Shown one piece after another: positions 55,797-64,000 of a stretch of 64,000 nucleotides of DNA; position 1 is the stretch's first letter, and every line of letters begins with the position of its first letter. Position numbers and translations under genes: made by a program. The stretch is from Acidaminococcales bacterium (GTDB lineage Bacteria; Bacillota; Negativicutes; Acidaminococcales; JAISLQ01), in assembly GCA_031290885.1 (NCBI GenBank), contig JAISLQ010000059.1:1514-65513 (forward strand), given 5' to 3'. The notes below the pieces were generated by a model. It was not told the origin of the DNA, searched no databases, and saw only the letters and a list, made by a program, of their open reading frames with translations.

Positions 55797-56726
55797 ATGC
55801 GCGCTGAGCAAAGAAGCGGCCTTTTGAGCGCCATTCTTGCTTTTACCATCTGGGGGCTGTTCCCCGTTTATTGGAAACTTTTGGGCGCCGTGCCCGCCGA
55901 CGAAATTTTAGCGCACCGGATTTTGTGGTCGTTTGTGTTCATGCGGCTGCTTGTCGCGGCGTTGGGGATGTCCGCCGGCTTTCGCGCGGATTTGCGGGAA
56001 CTTCGCGGGCAAAGGGAGAAATTTCTTTTAGTGGCCGCCGCCGCCGTCCTTATCAGCGCCAATTGGTTTATTTTCATCTGGGCGGTCAATAAAGGCCGAG
56101 TGCTAGAAACCAGCCTCGGTTATTACATAAACCCGTTGGTCAACGTGCTTTTGGGCGTAATTTTTTTGCGCGAGCGGATGAATTTGTGGCAAAAGTTCGC
56201 CATTTTCCTGGCGGCGCTGGGCGTCGGCAACTTGGCGGCGCGCTTCGGCGCCGCTTTATGGATATCGCTCGGACTGGCTTTCAGCATGGGGCTTTACGGG
56301 CTGTGCAAGAAAAAGGCCGGAATGAACGCTTTCATCAGCATTACAATCGAAACGCTTTTGCTCGCGCCCTTGGCGGCGCTTTATCTGGGCAGCCTTTATT
56401 GCCGGGGAGAGGGGTTTTGGCCGGATCTGTCCCTGACGAGCCTGCTTTTGCTGTCCGGGGGCGCGGTAACGGCAGCGCCGCTTATTCTTTTCGCCAACGG
56501 CGCCAACAAGCTGCCGCTCTCGACGCTGGGCATGACGCAGTATGTTTGCCCGACGCTGACCTTTTTACTGGGGACAGTAATCTACAGCGAGCCGTTTACC
56601 GATGCCCATATTGTCTCTTTTGCCTTGATTTGGCTGGCGTTGGCCGTATTTTCTTTGTCCGGCCGGCTGCCGGGAAAAGAACGTGCCCCCGGGCATAACC
56701 GCCCTTCATCCGGCACGGGCGCCTGA
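55797..56726 (+). CDS. rarD: EamA/RarD family transporter
   Basis: A ten-transmembrane EamA pattern with the RarD-like N-terminus GLLSAILAFTIWGLFPVYWKLL is present. ATG 55797 lies 7 nt after AGAGG. Confidence 0.85.
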   Translation: MRAEQRSGLLSAILAFTIWGLFPVYWKLLGAVPADEILAHRILWSFVFMRLLVAALGMSAGFRADLRELRGQREKFLLVAAAAVLISANWFIFIWAVNKGRVLETSLGYYINPLVNVLLGVIFLRERMNLWQKFAIFLAALGVGNLAARFGAALWISLGLAFSMGLYGLCKKKAGMNAFISITIETLLLAPLAALYLGSLYCRGEGFWPDLSLTSLLLLSGGAVTAAPLILFANGANKLPLSTLGMTQYVCPTLTFLLGTVIYSEPFTDAHIVSFALIWLALAVFSLSGRLPGKERAPGHNRPSSGTGA

Positions 56727-56796
56727 CGGGGAAATGTGCCCTTTCATGTTTTTCCGCCGCGCTTGTGGCGGGCAAACGCAAAAGGTAAATTGCCGT

Positions 56797-56825
56797 TTGC
56801 CTAAGCGAATTTTTTTTGGTATTAT
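56797..56825 (+). promoter_or_regulatory. candidate sigma-A promoter for the gcv operon leader
   Basis: TTGCCT (56797-56802) is followed by a 17-nt spacer and TATTAT (56820-56825). Confidence 0.35.
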
Positions 56826-57004
56826 ATAGATATGGGAATCTCTTGTGGTTGCTTGCGGCGCTACGCTGGATCTTTTTCCGCCCGTAGGCCGATGCCATGC
56901 CATACGGAAAAATCCTCTGCCGCAATGTCCGCAGGCAGCTATTGAATGTTCCCTGAAGCCGCCCGAAAAAGGCGCGGCGACAATTAAACAGCGTGGCATG
57001 AAGG

Positions 57005-57170
57005 CCAAGGGAGAGATCGCGGCCGCAGGCTAAAGCCGGCGGCTGCGGCGCCGAAGGAGCAAGCCCTTTGTTCAGTCTCTCAGGCAAAAAGGACCTTGGC
57101 CCGACCAATCTCTTGAGAGCGCACAGCCGTGCCGCCGAAGGGGTAATCTCTCAGGCAAAAAGACAGAGGC
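57005..57170 (+). promoter_or_regulatory. tandem glycine riboswitch (two aptamers)
   Basis: Aptamer 1 runs CCAAGGGAGAG...GCGCCGAAGGAGCAA...TCTCTCAGGCAAAAAGGACCTTGG. Aptamer 2 runs CTCTTGAGAGCG...GCCGCCGAAGGGGTAA TCTCTCAGGCAAAAAGACAG. Both match the conserved glycine-aptamer cores. The element sits upstream of gcvT. Confidence 0.9.
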
Positions 57171-57211
57171 AAAGGAGAGTGGTTTTCTTTGTCGCGTCTT
57201 TTTGTTTTTTT
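57159..57211 (+). terminator. expression-platform terminator of the glycine riboswitch
   Basis: AAAGAC...CAAAG pairs with CTTTG...GTCTTT and is followed by TTGTTTTTTT. The 5' arm overlaps the end of aptamer 2. Confidence 0.6.
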
Positions 57212-57314
57212 GCGGCGGGGACATGTTTTGCGCCCGCCGGGCGGCAAGCCATGGCGCAAGTCTTTTGCGTGTTTCAGCCGATGGAAAGCATAAAACTTTA
57301 AAGGAGTGATCATT

Positions 57315-58415
57315 TTGACAGCGAAGCAAACGCCGCTTTACCAGATACATCTCGACGCGGGCGCGAAGATGGTGGAGTTCGGCGGCTGGCTGATGCCGGT
57401 GCAATATAGCGGCATCATCGAGGAACATCACGCGGTACGGCAAAAGGCGGGGCTGTTTGACGTTTCGCATATGGGTGAGTTTTTGGTCAGGGGCAAGGAC
57501 GCAGAGGCCTTTATTCAAAAACTGGCCGTCAACGATATTTCCGTCATGCAGCCGGGACAGGCGCAGTATTCGCCGATGTGCTATGAAAACGGCGGGACGG
57601 TGGACGATCTTTTGATTTACAAACACGCCGGCAATGATTATATGCTGGTGGTAAACGCCGGCAACATCGACAAGGACTGGCAATGGGCCAACCGGCATAA
57701 AGTGGGCTTCGACGTGGAAATTTCCGATATTTCCGGGCAGACCGCCCTCGTTGCCCTGCAAGGACCGCTATCGCAAGAGATAATCGCCGGCGTCCTGGAC
57801 GCCGACCTCGGGCGGCTCGGTTATTACCGCTTCCTGCCTTCCGTCCGGGTCGCCGGGATCAAAACGCTTCTGTCGCGCACCGGCTATACGGGCGAGGACG
57901 GGTTTGAGCTTTATTGCGACGCCGCCGACGCTGCGGCGCTTTGGCGCGCTTTGCTGCGGGCGGGCGCCGCCCACGGTTTGTTGCCGGCCGGGCTGGGCGC
58001 GCGGGACACTTTGCGCTTTGAGGCTTGCCTGCCGCTTTACGGGCATGAGCTTTCAGCCGAAATAACTCCCGTCGAGGCCGGTTTGGGCATGTTCGTCAAG
58101 CCGGACAAGGGTATTTTCAACGGGCAGGCGGTACTGGCCGCGCAGAAAAAAGACGGCGCGGCGCGCGCCTTGATTGGGCTGGAGATGACCGGGCGCGGGA
58201 TCGCCCGCGCCGATTATCCCGTATGGGCGGACGGAAAGCCGATCGGGCGGATAACCACCGGTTCGGTCGCGCCGACGCTCGGCAAAAATCTTGGGCTGGC
58301 GCTTGTCGACAAAAATTACGCCCGGATCGGGCAAGAGTTGTTTGTAGAAATACGCGGCAAGCAGGTAGCGGCAAAAGTGATTAAAAAACCATTTTATAAA
58401 AGAGAGGGGAAATAA
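57315..58415 (+). CDS. gcvT: glycine cleavage system aminomethyltransferase T
   Basis: [26 protein letters not shown] and DVSHMGEF are present. TTG 57315 lies 8 nt after AAGGAG. Confidence 0.95.
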   Translation: MTAKQTPLYQIHLDAGAKMVEFGGWLMPVQYSGIIEEHHAVRQKAGLFDVSHMGEFLVRGKDAEAFIQKLAVNDISVMQPGQAQYSPMCYENGGTVDDLLIYKHAGNDYMLVVNAGNIDKDWQWANRHKVGFDVEISDISGQTALVALQGPLSQEIIAGVLDADLGRLGYYRFLPSVRVAGIKTLLSRTGYTGEDGFELYCDAADAAALWRALLRAGAAHGLLPAGLGARDTLRFEACLPLYGHELSAEITPVEAGLGMFVKPDKGIFNGQAVLAAQKKDGAARALIGLEMTGRGIARADYPVWADGKPIGRITTGSVAPTLGKNLGLALVDKNYARIGQELFVEIRGKQVAAKVIKKPFYKREGK

Positions 58416-58420
58416 ACCTG

Positions 58421-58810
58421 ATGAACACGCCGAAGGATTTAAAATATTCCCGCGACCATGAGTGGGTGAAGGTGGAGGGCGCAATCGCGACGGTGGGGAT
58501 CACCGATTTCGCGCAATCGCAGCTGGGCGACGTGGTATTCGTCGATTTGCCGGAAGAAGGCGCGGAAGTTGTCGCCGGCCAGGAATTTTGCGCCATTGAG
58601 TCGGTAAAGGCGGTTTCCGACGTTTACGCGCCGGTCAGCGGCATCATCCGCGAGGTCAACGCCAATCTGGCGGACGCGCCGGAGACAGTCAACCAGGACG
58701 CTTACGGCGAAGGCTGGATCGTAAAGATCGAGCTGAAAAACGAGAGCGAGGCCGAACAGCTTTTGGACGCCGGCGAATACGAGGCTTTGTGCGCGAAGGA
58801 GGGGCATTGA
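58421..58810 (+). CDS. gcvH: glycine cleavage system H protein
   Basis: The lipoyl-lysine motif [15 protein letters not shown] is present. The product is 129 aa. Confidence 0.95.
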   Translation: MNTPKDLKYSRDHEWVKVEGAIATVGITDFAQSQLGDVVFVDLPEEGAEVVAGQEFCAIESVKAVSDVYAPVSGIIREVNANLADAPETVNQDAYGEGWIVKIELKNESEAEQLLDAGEYEALCAKEGH

Positions 58811-60156
58811 TGACTTGGAGTTATCTGCCCCATACCGACACCGACCGCCGGGAGATGCTTGCGGCCATCGGCGCCGGCAACGTGGACGATCTTTTCCGGG
58901 ACGTGCCGGAACAATTACGGTTGAACCGCCGGCTGAACCTGCCCGAGCGGCTGGACGAAGCGGCCCTTGCGCGGCACATGCGGCAATTGGCGGGCAAAAA
59001 CGCCGCTTTCCATGAATATAGCTATTTCCTGGGCGCCGGCGTTTACGACCATTATGTGCCGGCGGTGGTAGACGCCGTCATCAGCCGTTCGGAGTTTTAC
59101 ACGGCGTACACGCAGTATCAGCCGGAAGTGGCCCAGGGCTATTTGCAAGCCTTGTGGGAATATCAAAGCATGATCGCATCCCTGGCCGGCATGGCGGCCG
59201 CCAACGCGTCGCTTTACGACGGGGGCACGGCTTTGGCCGAAGCCGCCATGATGGCCTGTTCGGTCGGAAAACGCGGCGAACTGGTAGTTTCCAAAGCCCT
59301 GCACCCGCATTACCGCGCCCTTTTGTCTACTTACGCCATAGACTTGTCCATCGCCGTAAAGGAGACGGGCTACCTTGACGGCGCATCTTCTGCAGAGGAA
59401 CTGACCGGCGCGGTTACCGGCGCAACCGCCGCCGTGATCGTTCAGACGCCTAATTTTTTCGGCGTGCCGGAAGACTTAAAAACGATCGCCGAACTGGCGC
59501 ACAAACAGGGCGCCTTGCTTATCGTCGCGGCCGATCCGGTCGCGCTGGCGCTTCTTGAGCCGCCGGGCGCCCTGGGCGCGGACATTGTGGTAGGCGAAGG
59601 GCAGCCGCTCGGTATCTGCGCCAGTTTCGGCGGGCCCGGGCTTGGATTTTTCGCGACGACGGAAAAGTTGATGCGCAAAATGCCCGGGCGCATTGTCGGC
59701 CAGACGCTGGATTCGAAAAAGCGGCGCGGTTTCGTGCTGACCTTGCAGGCGCGGGAACAGCATATCAGGCGCGAGAAGGCCACTTCCAATATTTGTTCCA
59801 ATCAGGCTTTGTGCGCCCTGTCGGCGGCGGTATATCTTAGCGCGGTCGGCAGGGCCGGGCTGCGGGATGTCGCCGAATTGTCGCTGCAAAAGGCGCACTA
59901 TGCCTTGGAGCGCATAACGGGCGCAAACGGCGGCGAAAGGGTATTCAACGCGCCCTTTTTCAAGGAATTTGCCGTAAGGCTGCGCAAGGACGTCTCTTAT
60001 GTCAACCGGCAGCTTCTGAAAGACAAGATAATCGGCGGGCTGGACCTTGGCCGTTATTATCCCGAACTGGAAAAATGTATGCTCATCTGCGTTACCGAAA
60101 ACCGCGCCAAAGCGGAAATTGACCTTTTGGCCGAACGATTGGGGGGTTTAGGATGA
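58810..60156 (+). CDS. gcvPA: glycine dehydrogenase (decarboxylating) subunit 1
   Basis: The N-terminus [13 protein letters not shown] and a conserved GcvPA core are present. The ATG shares 1 nt with the gcvH stop. Confidence 0.95.
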   Translation: MTWSYLPHTDTDRREMLAAIGAGNVDDLFRDVPEQLRLNRRLNLPERLDEAALARHMRQLAGKNAAFHEYSYFLGAGVYDHYVPAVVDAVISRSEFYTAYTQYQPEVAQGYLQALWEYQSMIASLAGMAAANASLYDGGTALAEAAMMACSVGKRGELVVSKALHPHYRALLSTYAIDLSIAVKETGYLDGASSAEELTGAVTGATAAVIVQTPNFFGVPEDLKTIAELAHKQGALLIVAADPVALALLEPPGALGADIVVGEGQPLGICASFGGPGLGFFATTEKLMRKMPGRIVGQTLDSKKRRGFVLTLQAREQHIRREKATSNICSNQALCALSAAVYLSAVGRAGLRDVAELSLQKAHYALERITGANGGERVFNAPFFKEFAVRLRKDVSYVNRQLLKDKIIGGLDLGRYYPELEKCMLICVTENRAKAEIDLLAERLGGLG

Positions 60157-61607
60157 AAAAGGCGAAAGAGCTGGTTTTTGAACTTAGCCGCCCCGGACGC
60201 CGGGCGCTTGACCTTCCCGCCTGCGACGTGCCGCGCCGTCCGATTGAATCTATGCTGCCGGAGGCTTTTTTGCGCAAGGAGCCCCCTGTCCTGCCTGAAC
60301 TTAGCCAGCTTGACCTGGTGCGCCACTATACTAACTTGTCGCAGCGCAACTTCGGCCTGGACGCCGGTTTTTATCCGCTCGGCTCCTGCACGATGAAATA
60401 CAATCCCAAAATAAACGAGGCCGTCTGCCGCCTGCCGGGGTTTGCCTTCGCCCATCCTTTGCAGGATGAAAAGCTCTCCCAGGGGGCGCTGGAAGTAATA
60501 TACGCGGTGGAGAAATATCTTGCGGAGATAGCGGGCATGGACGCGGTGTCTTCCCAGCCGGCCGCCGGCGCGCACGGCGAATTGACTGGCATCAAGCTGA
60601 TCAAGGCTTATCACCGCAGCCGCAGCGACAACCGCACGAAAGTAATAGTGCCGGATTCCGCCCATGGCACAAACCCGGCGACAGCCACTGTCTGCGGCCT
60701 GGAAACGGTGGAAATCAAATCCAATCCGGACGGCTCCATCGACCTGGCCGCGCTGAAAGCGGCGGCCGGCCGGGACACGGCCGCCCTTATGCTGACAAAT
60801 CCCAGTACGCTCGGCCTTTTTGAAAGCCAAATCGTGGAAATAGCCAAAATCGTCCACGATGCAGGCGGGCTTTTGTACTACGACGGCGCCAACGCCAACG
60901 CCATACTCGGCTTAGTGCGGCCAGGCGACATGGGCTTTGACGTGGTGCATTTCAACACGCACAAAACCTTCGGCACGCCGCACGGGGGCGGCGGACCGGG
61001 AGCGGGGCCGATCGGCGTCAAAACTGAGCTGGCGCCGTTTCTGCCATCGCCGGTGGTAAAATACGAGCACGGCGAATATTCGCTGGACTATGACCGTCCT
61101 TTGTCCATCGGGCGGGTACATTCTTTCTTTGGCAACTTCGGCGTGCTTGTGCGTACTTACGCCTATATCCGGGCCATGGGCGCGGACGGGCTAAAGCAGG
61201 CGAGCGAGGACGCCGTGCTTAACGCCAATTACTGTTTAGCGCGGCTGAAGGACGCTTTTGATTCGCTTTTTGACCGTTTCTGCATGCATGAATGTGTGCT
61301 TACCGCTAAAAAACAAAAAGCCTCCGGCGTCAAAACATTGGACATCGCCAAACGGCTTTTGGATTACGGCTTTCATCCGCCCACCATTTATTTCCCTCTG
61401 ATCGTTGAGGAAGCGATCATGATCGAGCCGACCGAAACGGAAAGCCGGGAAACGCTGGATGGATTCGTGGACGCCATGATCGCCATTGCCGGCGAGGCGG
61501 CCGCCTCGCCGGATTTGGTCAAAAAAGCGCCGCATACCACGGCGGCGTCGCGCCTGGATGAAGCGGCCGCCGCGCGCAAGCCGGTCGTCAGATGGACGGG
61601 GATTTAA
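60153..61607 (+). CDS. gcvPB: glycine dehydrogenase (decarboxylating) subunit 2
   Basis: The PLP-lysine region [18 protein letters not shown] is present. The gene overlaps gcvPA as ATGA. Confidence 0.95.
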   Translation: MKKAKELVFELSRPGRRALDLPACDVPRRPIESMLPEAFLRKEPPVLPELSQLDLVRHYTNLSQRNFGLDAGFYPLGSCTMKYNPKINEAVCRLPGFAFAHPLQDEKLSQGALEVIYAVEKYLAEIAGMDAVSSQPAAGAHGELTGIKLIKAYHRSRSDNRTKVIVPDSAHGTNPATATVCGLETVEIKSNPDGSIDLAALKAAAGRDTAALMLTNPSTLGLFESQIVEIAKIVHDAGGLLYYDGANANAILGLVRPGDMGFDVVHFNTHKTFGTPHGGGGPGAGPIGVKTELAPFLPSPVVKYEHGEYSLDYDRPLSIGRVHSFFGNFGVLVRTYAYIRAMGADGLKQASEDAVLNANYCLARLKDAFDSLFDRFCMHECVLTAKKQKASGVKTLDIAKRLLDYGFHPPTIYFPLIVEEAIMIEPTETESRETLDGFVDAMIAIAGEAAASPDLVKKAPHTTAASRLDEAAAARKPVVRWTGI

Positions 61608-61676
61608 AGATAAAATTGCCGGGCGCGGCGCGGGAGGGGCAATTTCCCCGCCGCGCCCGCCTATCGGGAGGGCATC

Positions 61677-63077
61677 ATGGATTATGATATAGCGGTCATC
61701 GGCGGCGGCCCGGGCGGCTATGTGGCCGCCATACGCGCGGCCGGGCTGGGCGCGAAAGTCGCCTTGCTGGAAAAGGACGCGATCGGCGGCACCTGCCTGA
61801 ACCGCGGCTGCATCCCGACCAAGACGCTGCTCGCCAGCGCCGGCCGGCTGCGGGAGTTGAGAAATTGCCGGGAATTTGGCCTGAAGGCGGAAAATATCGG
61901 CTTTGATTTCTCCGCCGTCATGGCGCGCAAAAATTCCGTGGTCGGCCAGTTGCGCGCCGGCACGGCCAACTTGGTGAAAGCGGCCGGCGTGGAGTTTATC
62001 AACGCGCAGGCGCGCCTTTTGCCGGGCAAGGCCATAGCGGCCAAATTCCCCGGCGGCCAAGAGACAATCAGCGCGGGCAGGATAATTGTCGCCGCCGGTT
62101 CCCAAGCTTTCCGGCCGCCAATAGAAGGCGCGGATCTATCGGGGGCAACCGGCAGCGACGAATTGCTCGACATTGAAGACGTGCCGGAAAGCCTGACGGT
62201 CATCGGCGGCGGAGTGGTGGGCATGGAATTTGCCGGTATCTTCCAGGCTTTCGGCTGCCAAGTTACGGTGGTGGAGATGCTGCCCAATATACTCGATCGC
62301 ATGGACAAAGACATAATCGCCAGGCTGAGTTTGTCCTTGCGCAAGCAGGGCGTCAAGTTTTTGACGGGATCCCGGGTCAAAAGTATTGCCCGCAAAAATC
62401 CCGGGCTTTCCGTAACTGTGGAAACGCCCAAAGGCGAGCAGGAAATTCTCTGCCAGCGGGCGCTTTTTTCCGCCGGGCGGATACCCGCCGCAGACGGGTT
62501 GGGGTTGGAGGATGCGGGAGTGGCTTTCAGCCGGCAGGGCATTTCGGTCAACGAACGGCTGGAAACAAACGTGCCCGGCATTTACGCCGCAGGCGACGTA
62601 ACCGGGCGCTCCATGCTGGCGCACGCCGCTGCGGCGGCCGGGGCAATCGCGGCGGAAAACGCTTGCGGCCAGCACAACGAGATGGATTTTCGCGACATCC
62701 CGTCCTGCGTATTCACCGCGCCGGAGGCCGCCGGCGTAGGCCTTACCGAGCAGGCCGCGCGGTTGGAGGGACGGGATACGCTTGTGAGCAAATTTAACTT
62801 CGCCAGCAACGGCAAAGCGGCGGCGGCCGGCGAAACTGACGGCTTCGTCAAATTGCTGGCCGACGGCAGGACGCAAGCGGTACTGGGCATGCATATCATG
62901 GGGCCGCACGCCAGCGACATCATTATGGAAGGCGCCCTGGCCATAAAGAACAACCTGACCGCCAAACAATTGGCCCATACTATTCATCCGCACCCGACCT
63001 TTTCCGAGGCGGTCATGGAATGTGCGCGCGCGATATTGGGCGAACCGATACACCAGATAAAAATAGGCCGCAAGTAG
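61677..63077 (+). CDS. lpdA: dihydrolipoyl dehydrogenase
   Basis: The FAD motif GGGPGGY, redox disulfide GGTCLNRGCIPTK, NAD motif GGGVVGMEF and C-terminal HPHPTFSE are all present. Confidence 0.9.
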   Translation: MDYDIAVIGGGPGGYVAAIRAAGLGAKVALLEKDAIGGTCLNRGCIPTKTLLASAGRLRELRNCREFGLKAENIGFDFSAVMARKNSVVGQLRAGTANLVKAAGVEFINAQARLLPGKAIAAKFPGGQETISAGRIIVAAGSQAFRPPIEGADLSGATGSDELLDIEDVPESLTVIGGGVVGMEFAGIFQAFGCQVTVVEMLPNILDRMDKDIIARLSLSLRKQGVKFLTGSRVKSIARKNPGLSVTVETPKGEQEILCQRALFSAGRIPAADGLGLEDAGVAFSRQGISVNERLETNVPGIYAAGDVTGRSMLAHAAAAAGAIAAENACGQHNEMDFRDIPSCVFTAPEAAGVGLTEQAARLEGRDTLVSKFNFASNGKAAAAGETDGFVKLLADGRTQAVLGMHIMGPHASDIIMEGALAIKNNLTAKQLAHTIHPHPTFSEAVMECARAILGEPIHQIKIGRK

Positions 63078-63186
63078 GCTTAAGGCAGCCTAAATGCACA
63101 AGGCAGCCGCTAGGCGCTTCCGGCTTTTCGGTTTTATGAAAACGGCGCCCCGGCGGATAGCCTCGGGGCGCTTAATATTGTTTCGG

Positions 63187-63216
63187 AAAACCGCCGTTTT
63201 AATTGCGGCGGTTTTT
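63187..63216 (+). terminator. rho-independent terminator after lpdA
   Basis: AAAACCGCCG-TTTTAATTG-CGGCGGTTTT is followed by T. A second GC hairpin lies at 63145-63171. Confidence 0.6.
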
Positions 63217-63319
63217 ATAATTGAGCCATTGCGAAAAATAATTGGCGGCGCCAGCATAAACGCCCATATAGTCAAATAGCATTGAAAATATGACAGTAAA
63301 TTGATAATATAAAATTGCT

Positions 63320-64000
63320 ATGAGCTATGATAAAAAATATAGGAAACGGACAATTGAATATCTGAACGCTGGACACGAATACAGAGAAACAGCCGGAATA
63401 TTTGGCATATCAACAAACACCCTTGCCAAATGGGTAAAAATGCTGGAAAAAACTGGCGTGCTTACAGACCCGCCCCCTAAACGGGCTCCAAGGAAAACAA
63501 GGCCTTTGGAATTGCAGGCATATCTAAAAGCGCATCCCAACGCGTACCAGTCCGAAATGGCCGCGCACTTTCACTGCGCACAGGCATCGGTTTCCCGTTA
63601 CCTAAGAAAGGCCGGTTATACACGCAAAAAAAGACAAAGCGCTGCAAGGAGCAGATCGGGGAAAAGTCCAAGAGTACCTTCGCGAAACAGAATCAATCCC
63701 AAAGTCTCGAATTGCTTATGTTGATGAAACAGGCATTGACACATACCTGTGCCGCGAGCATTGTTGGTCGCCGAAAGGCCTTGGGGCAATAGGGCTGGTT
63801 AGCGGCAAAAAATGCCGCCGGGCGGGCATTGCAGCCGCCAAAATGGTAGGGCGCATACTTTCGCCTTTGCAATATGAAGGGACAATGGACAGCCAGTTGT
63901 TTGGGGCATGGCTTGAAAACGTGCCGATGGACGAACTTGACCAACAGTCGGCAATCGTCGTGGACAAAGCAGCTTTTCATCGCAAATCGAAGCTTGTTCC
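63320..64000 (+). mobile_element. IS630-family insertion sequence, partial (runs off the window), transposase split orfA/orfB at an A7 tract
   Basis: orfA (63320-63724) has HTH domains (MSYDKKYRKRTIEYLNAGHEYRETAGIFGISTNTLAKW). The DDE part (AYVDETGIDTY...VVDKAAFHRK) continues in the +1 frame from the A7 run at 63626-63632. Confidence 0.8.

Overview
A visibly GC-rich chromosomal segment from a Firmicutes-type genome, with Bacillus/Clostridia/Negativicutes-like gene order. Most of it is conserved housekeeping. On the + strand: tRNA-Ala, crotonase, phoH-ybeY-era-recO-glyQS, ppsA-ccpN-PSRP, rpsU-yqeY-nfeD-floA, cbiQO, and a tandem glycine riboswitch followed by gcvT-H-PA-PB-lpdA. On the - strand: yacL-ispDF-gltX-cysS-mrnC-thyX-rlmB-yacP, metY, cysE, an ApbE flavinylation trio and a P-type ATPase. 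Several signalling modules are interspersed: a FIST protein with a hybrid kinase, an [FeFe]-hydrogenase-like hybrid kinase with Hpt and DUF362, a tandem HD-GYP protein and a PilZ protein. The most unusual part is a visibly more AT-rich islet at about 33.7-37.5 kb, sitting directly after yacP. It carries a Zn-ribbon/DUF4145 protein, the C-terminal remnant of a mobile-element AAA_25 ATPase, and a tight three-gene operon on the - strand. That operon encodes a small HTH protein, an EcoRI-family N6-adenine methyltransferase and a DUF262(DGQQR)-HNH nuclease. The methyltransferase stop and the nuclease start overlap as ATGA. The methyltransferase contains an 8-bp x4 tandem repeat, which is not a multiple of three. 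The islet is bounded on the right by a 60-bp perfect GC-rich palindrome. I consider this MTase-DUF262/HNH module the best candidate for an undescribed defence or restriction-like system. Other accessory material is a decayed IS630 copy abutting a second transposase fragment (45.8-47.0 kb), an IS630-family copy at the right edge that shares an A7 tract at its orfA/orfB junction, two gene remnants (a TcmP-like methyltransferase and a GNAT), and a possible two-repeat tail of a type I-E-like CRISPR array at the left edge. All functional calls come from reading motifs in the translated ORFs. No database search was run.
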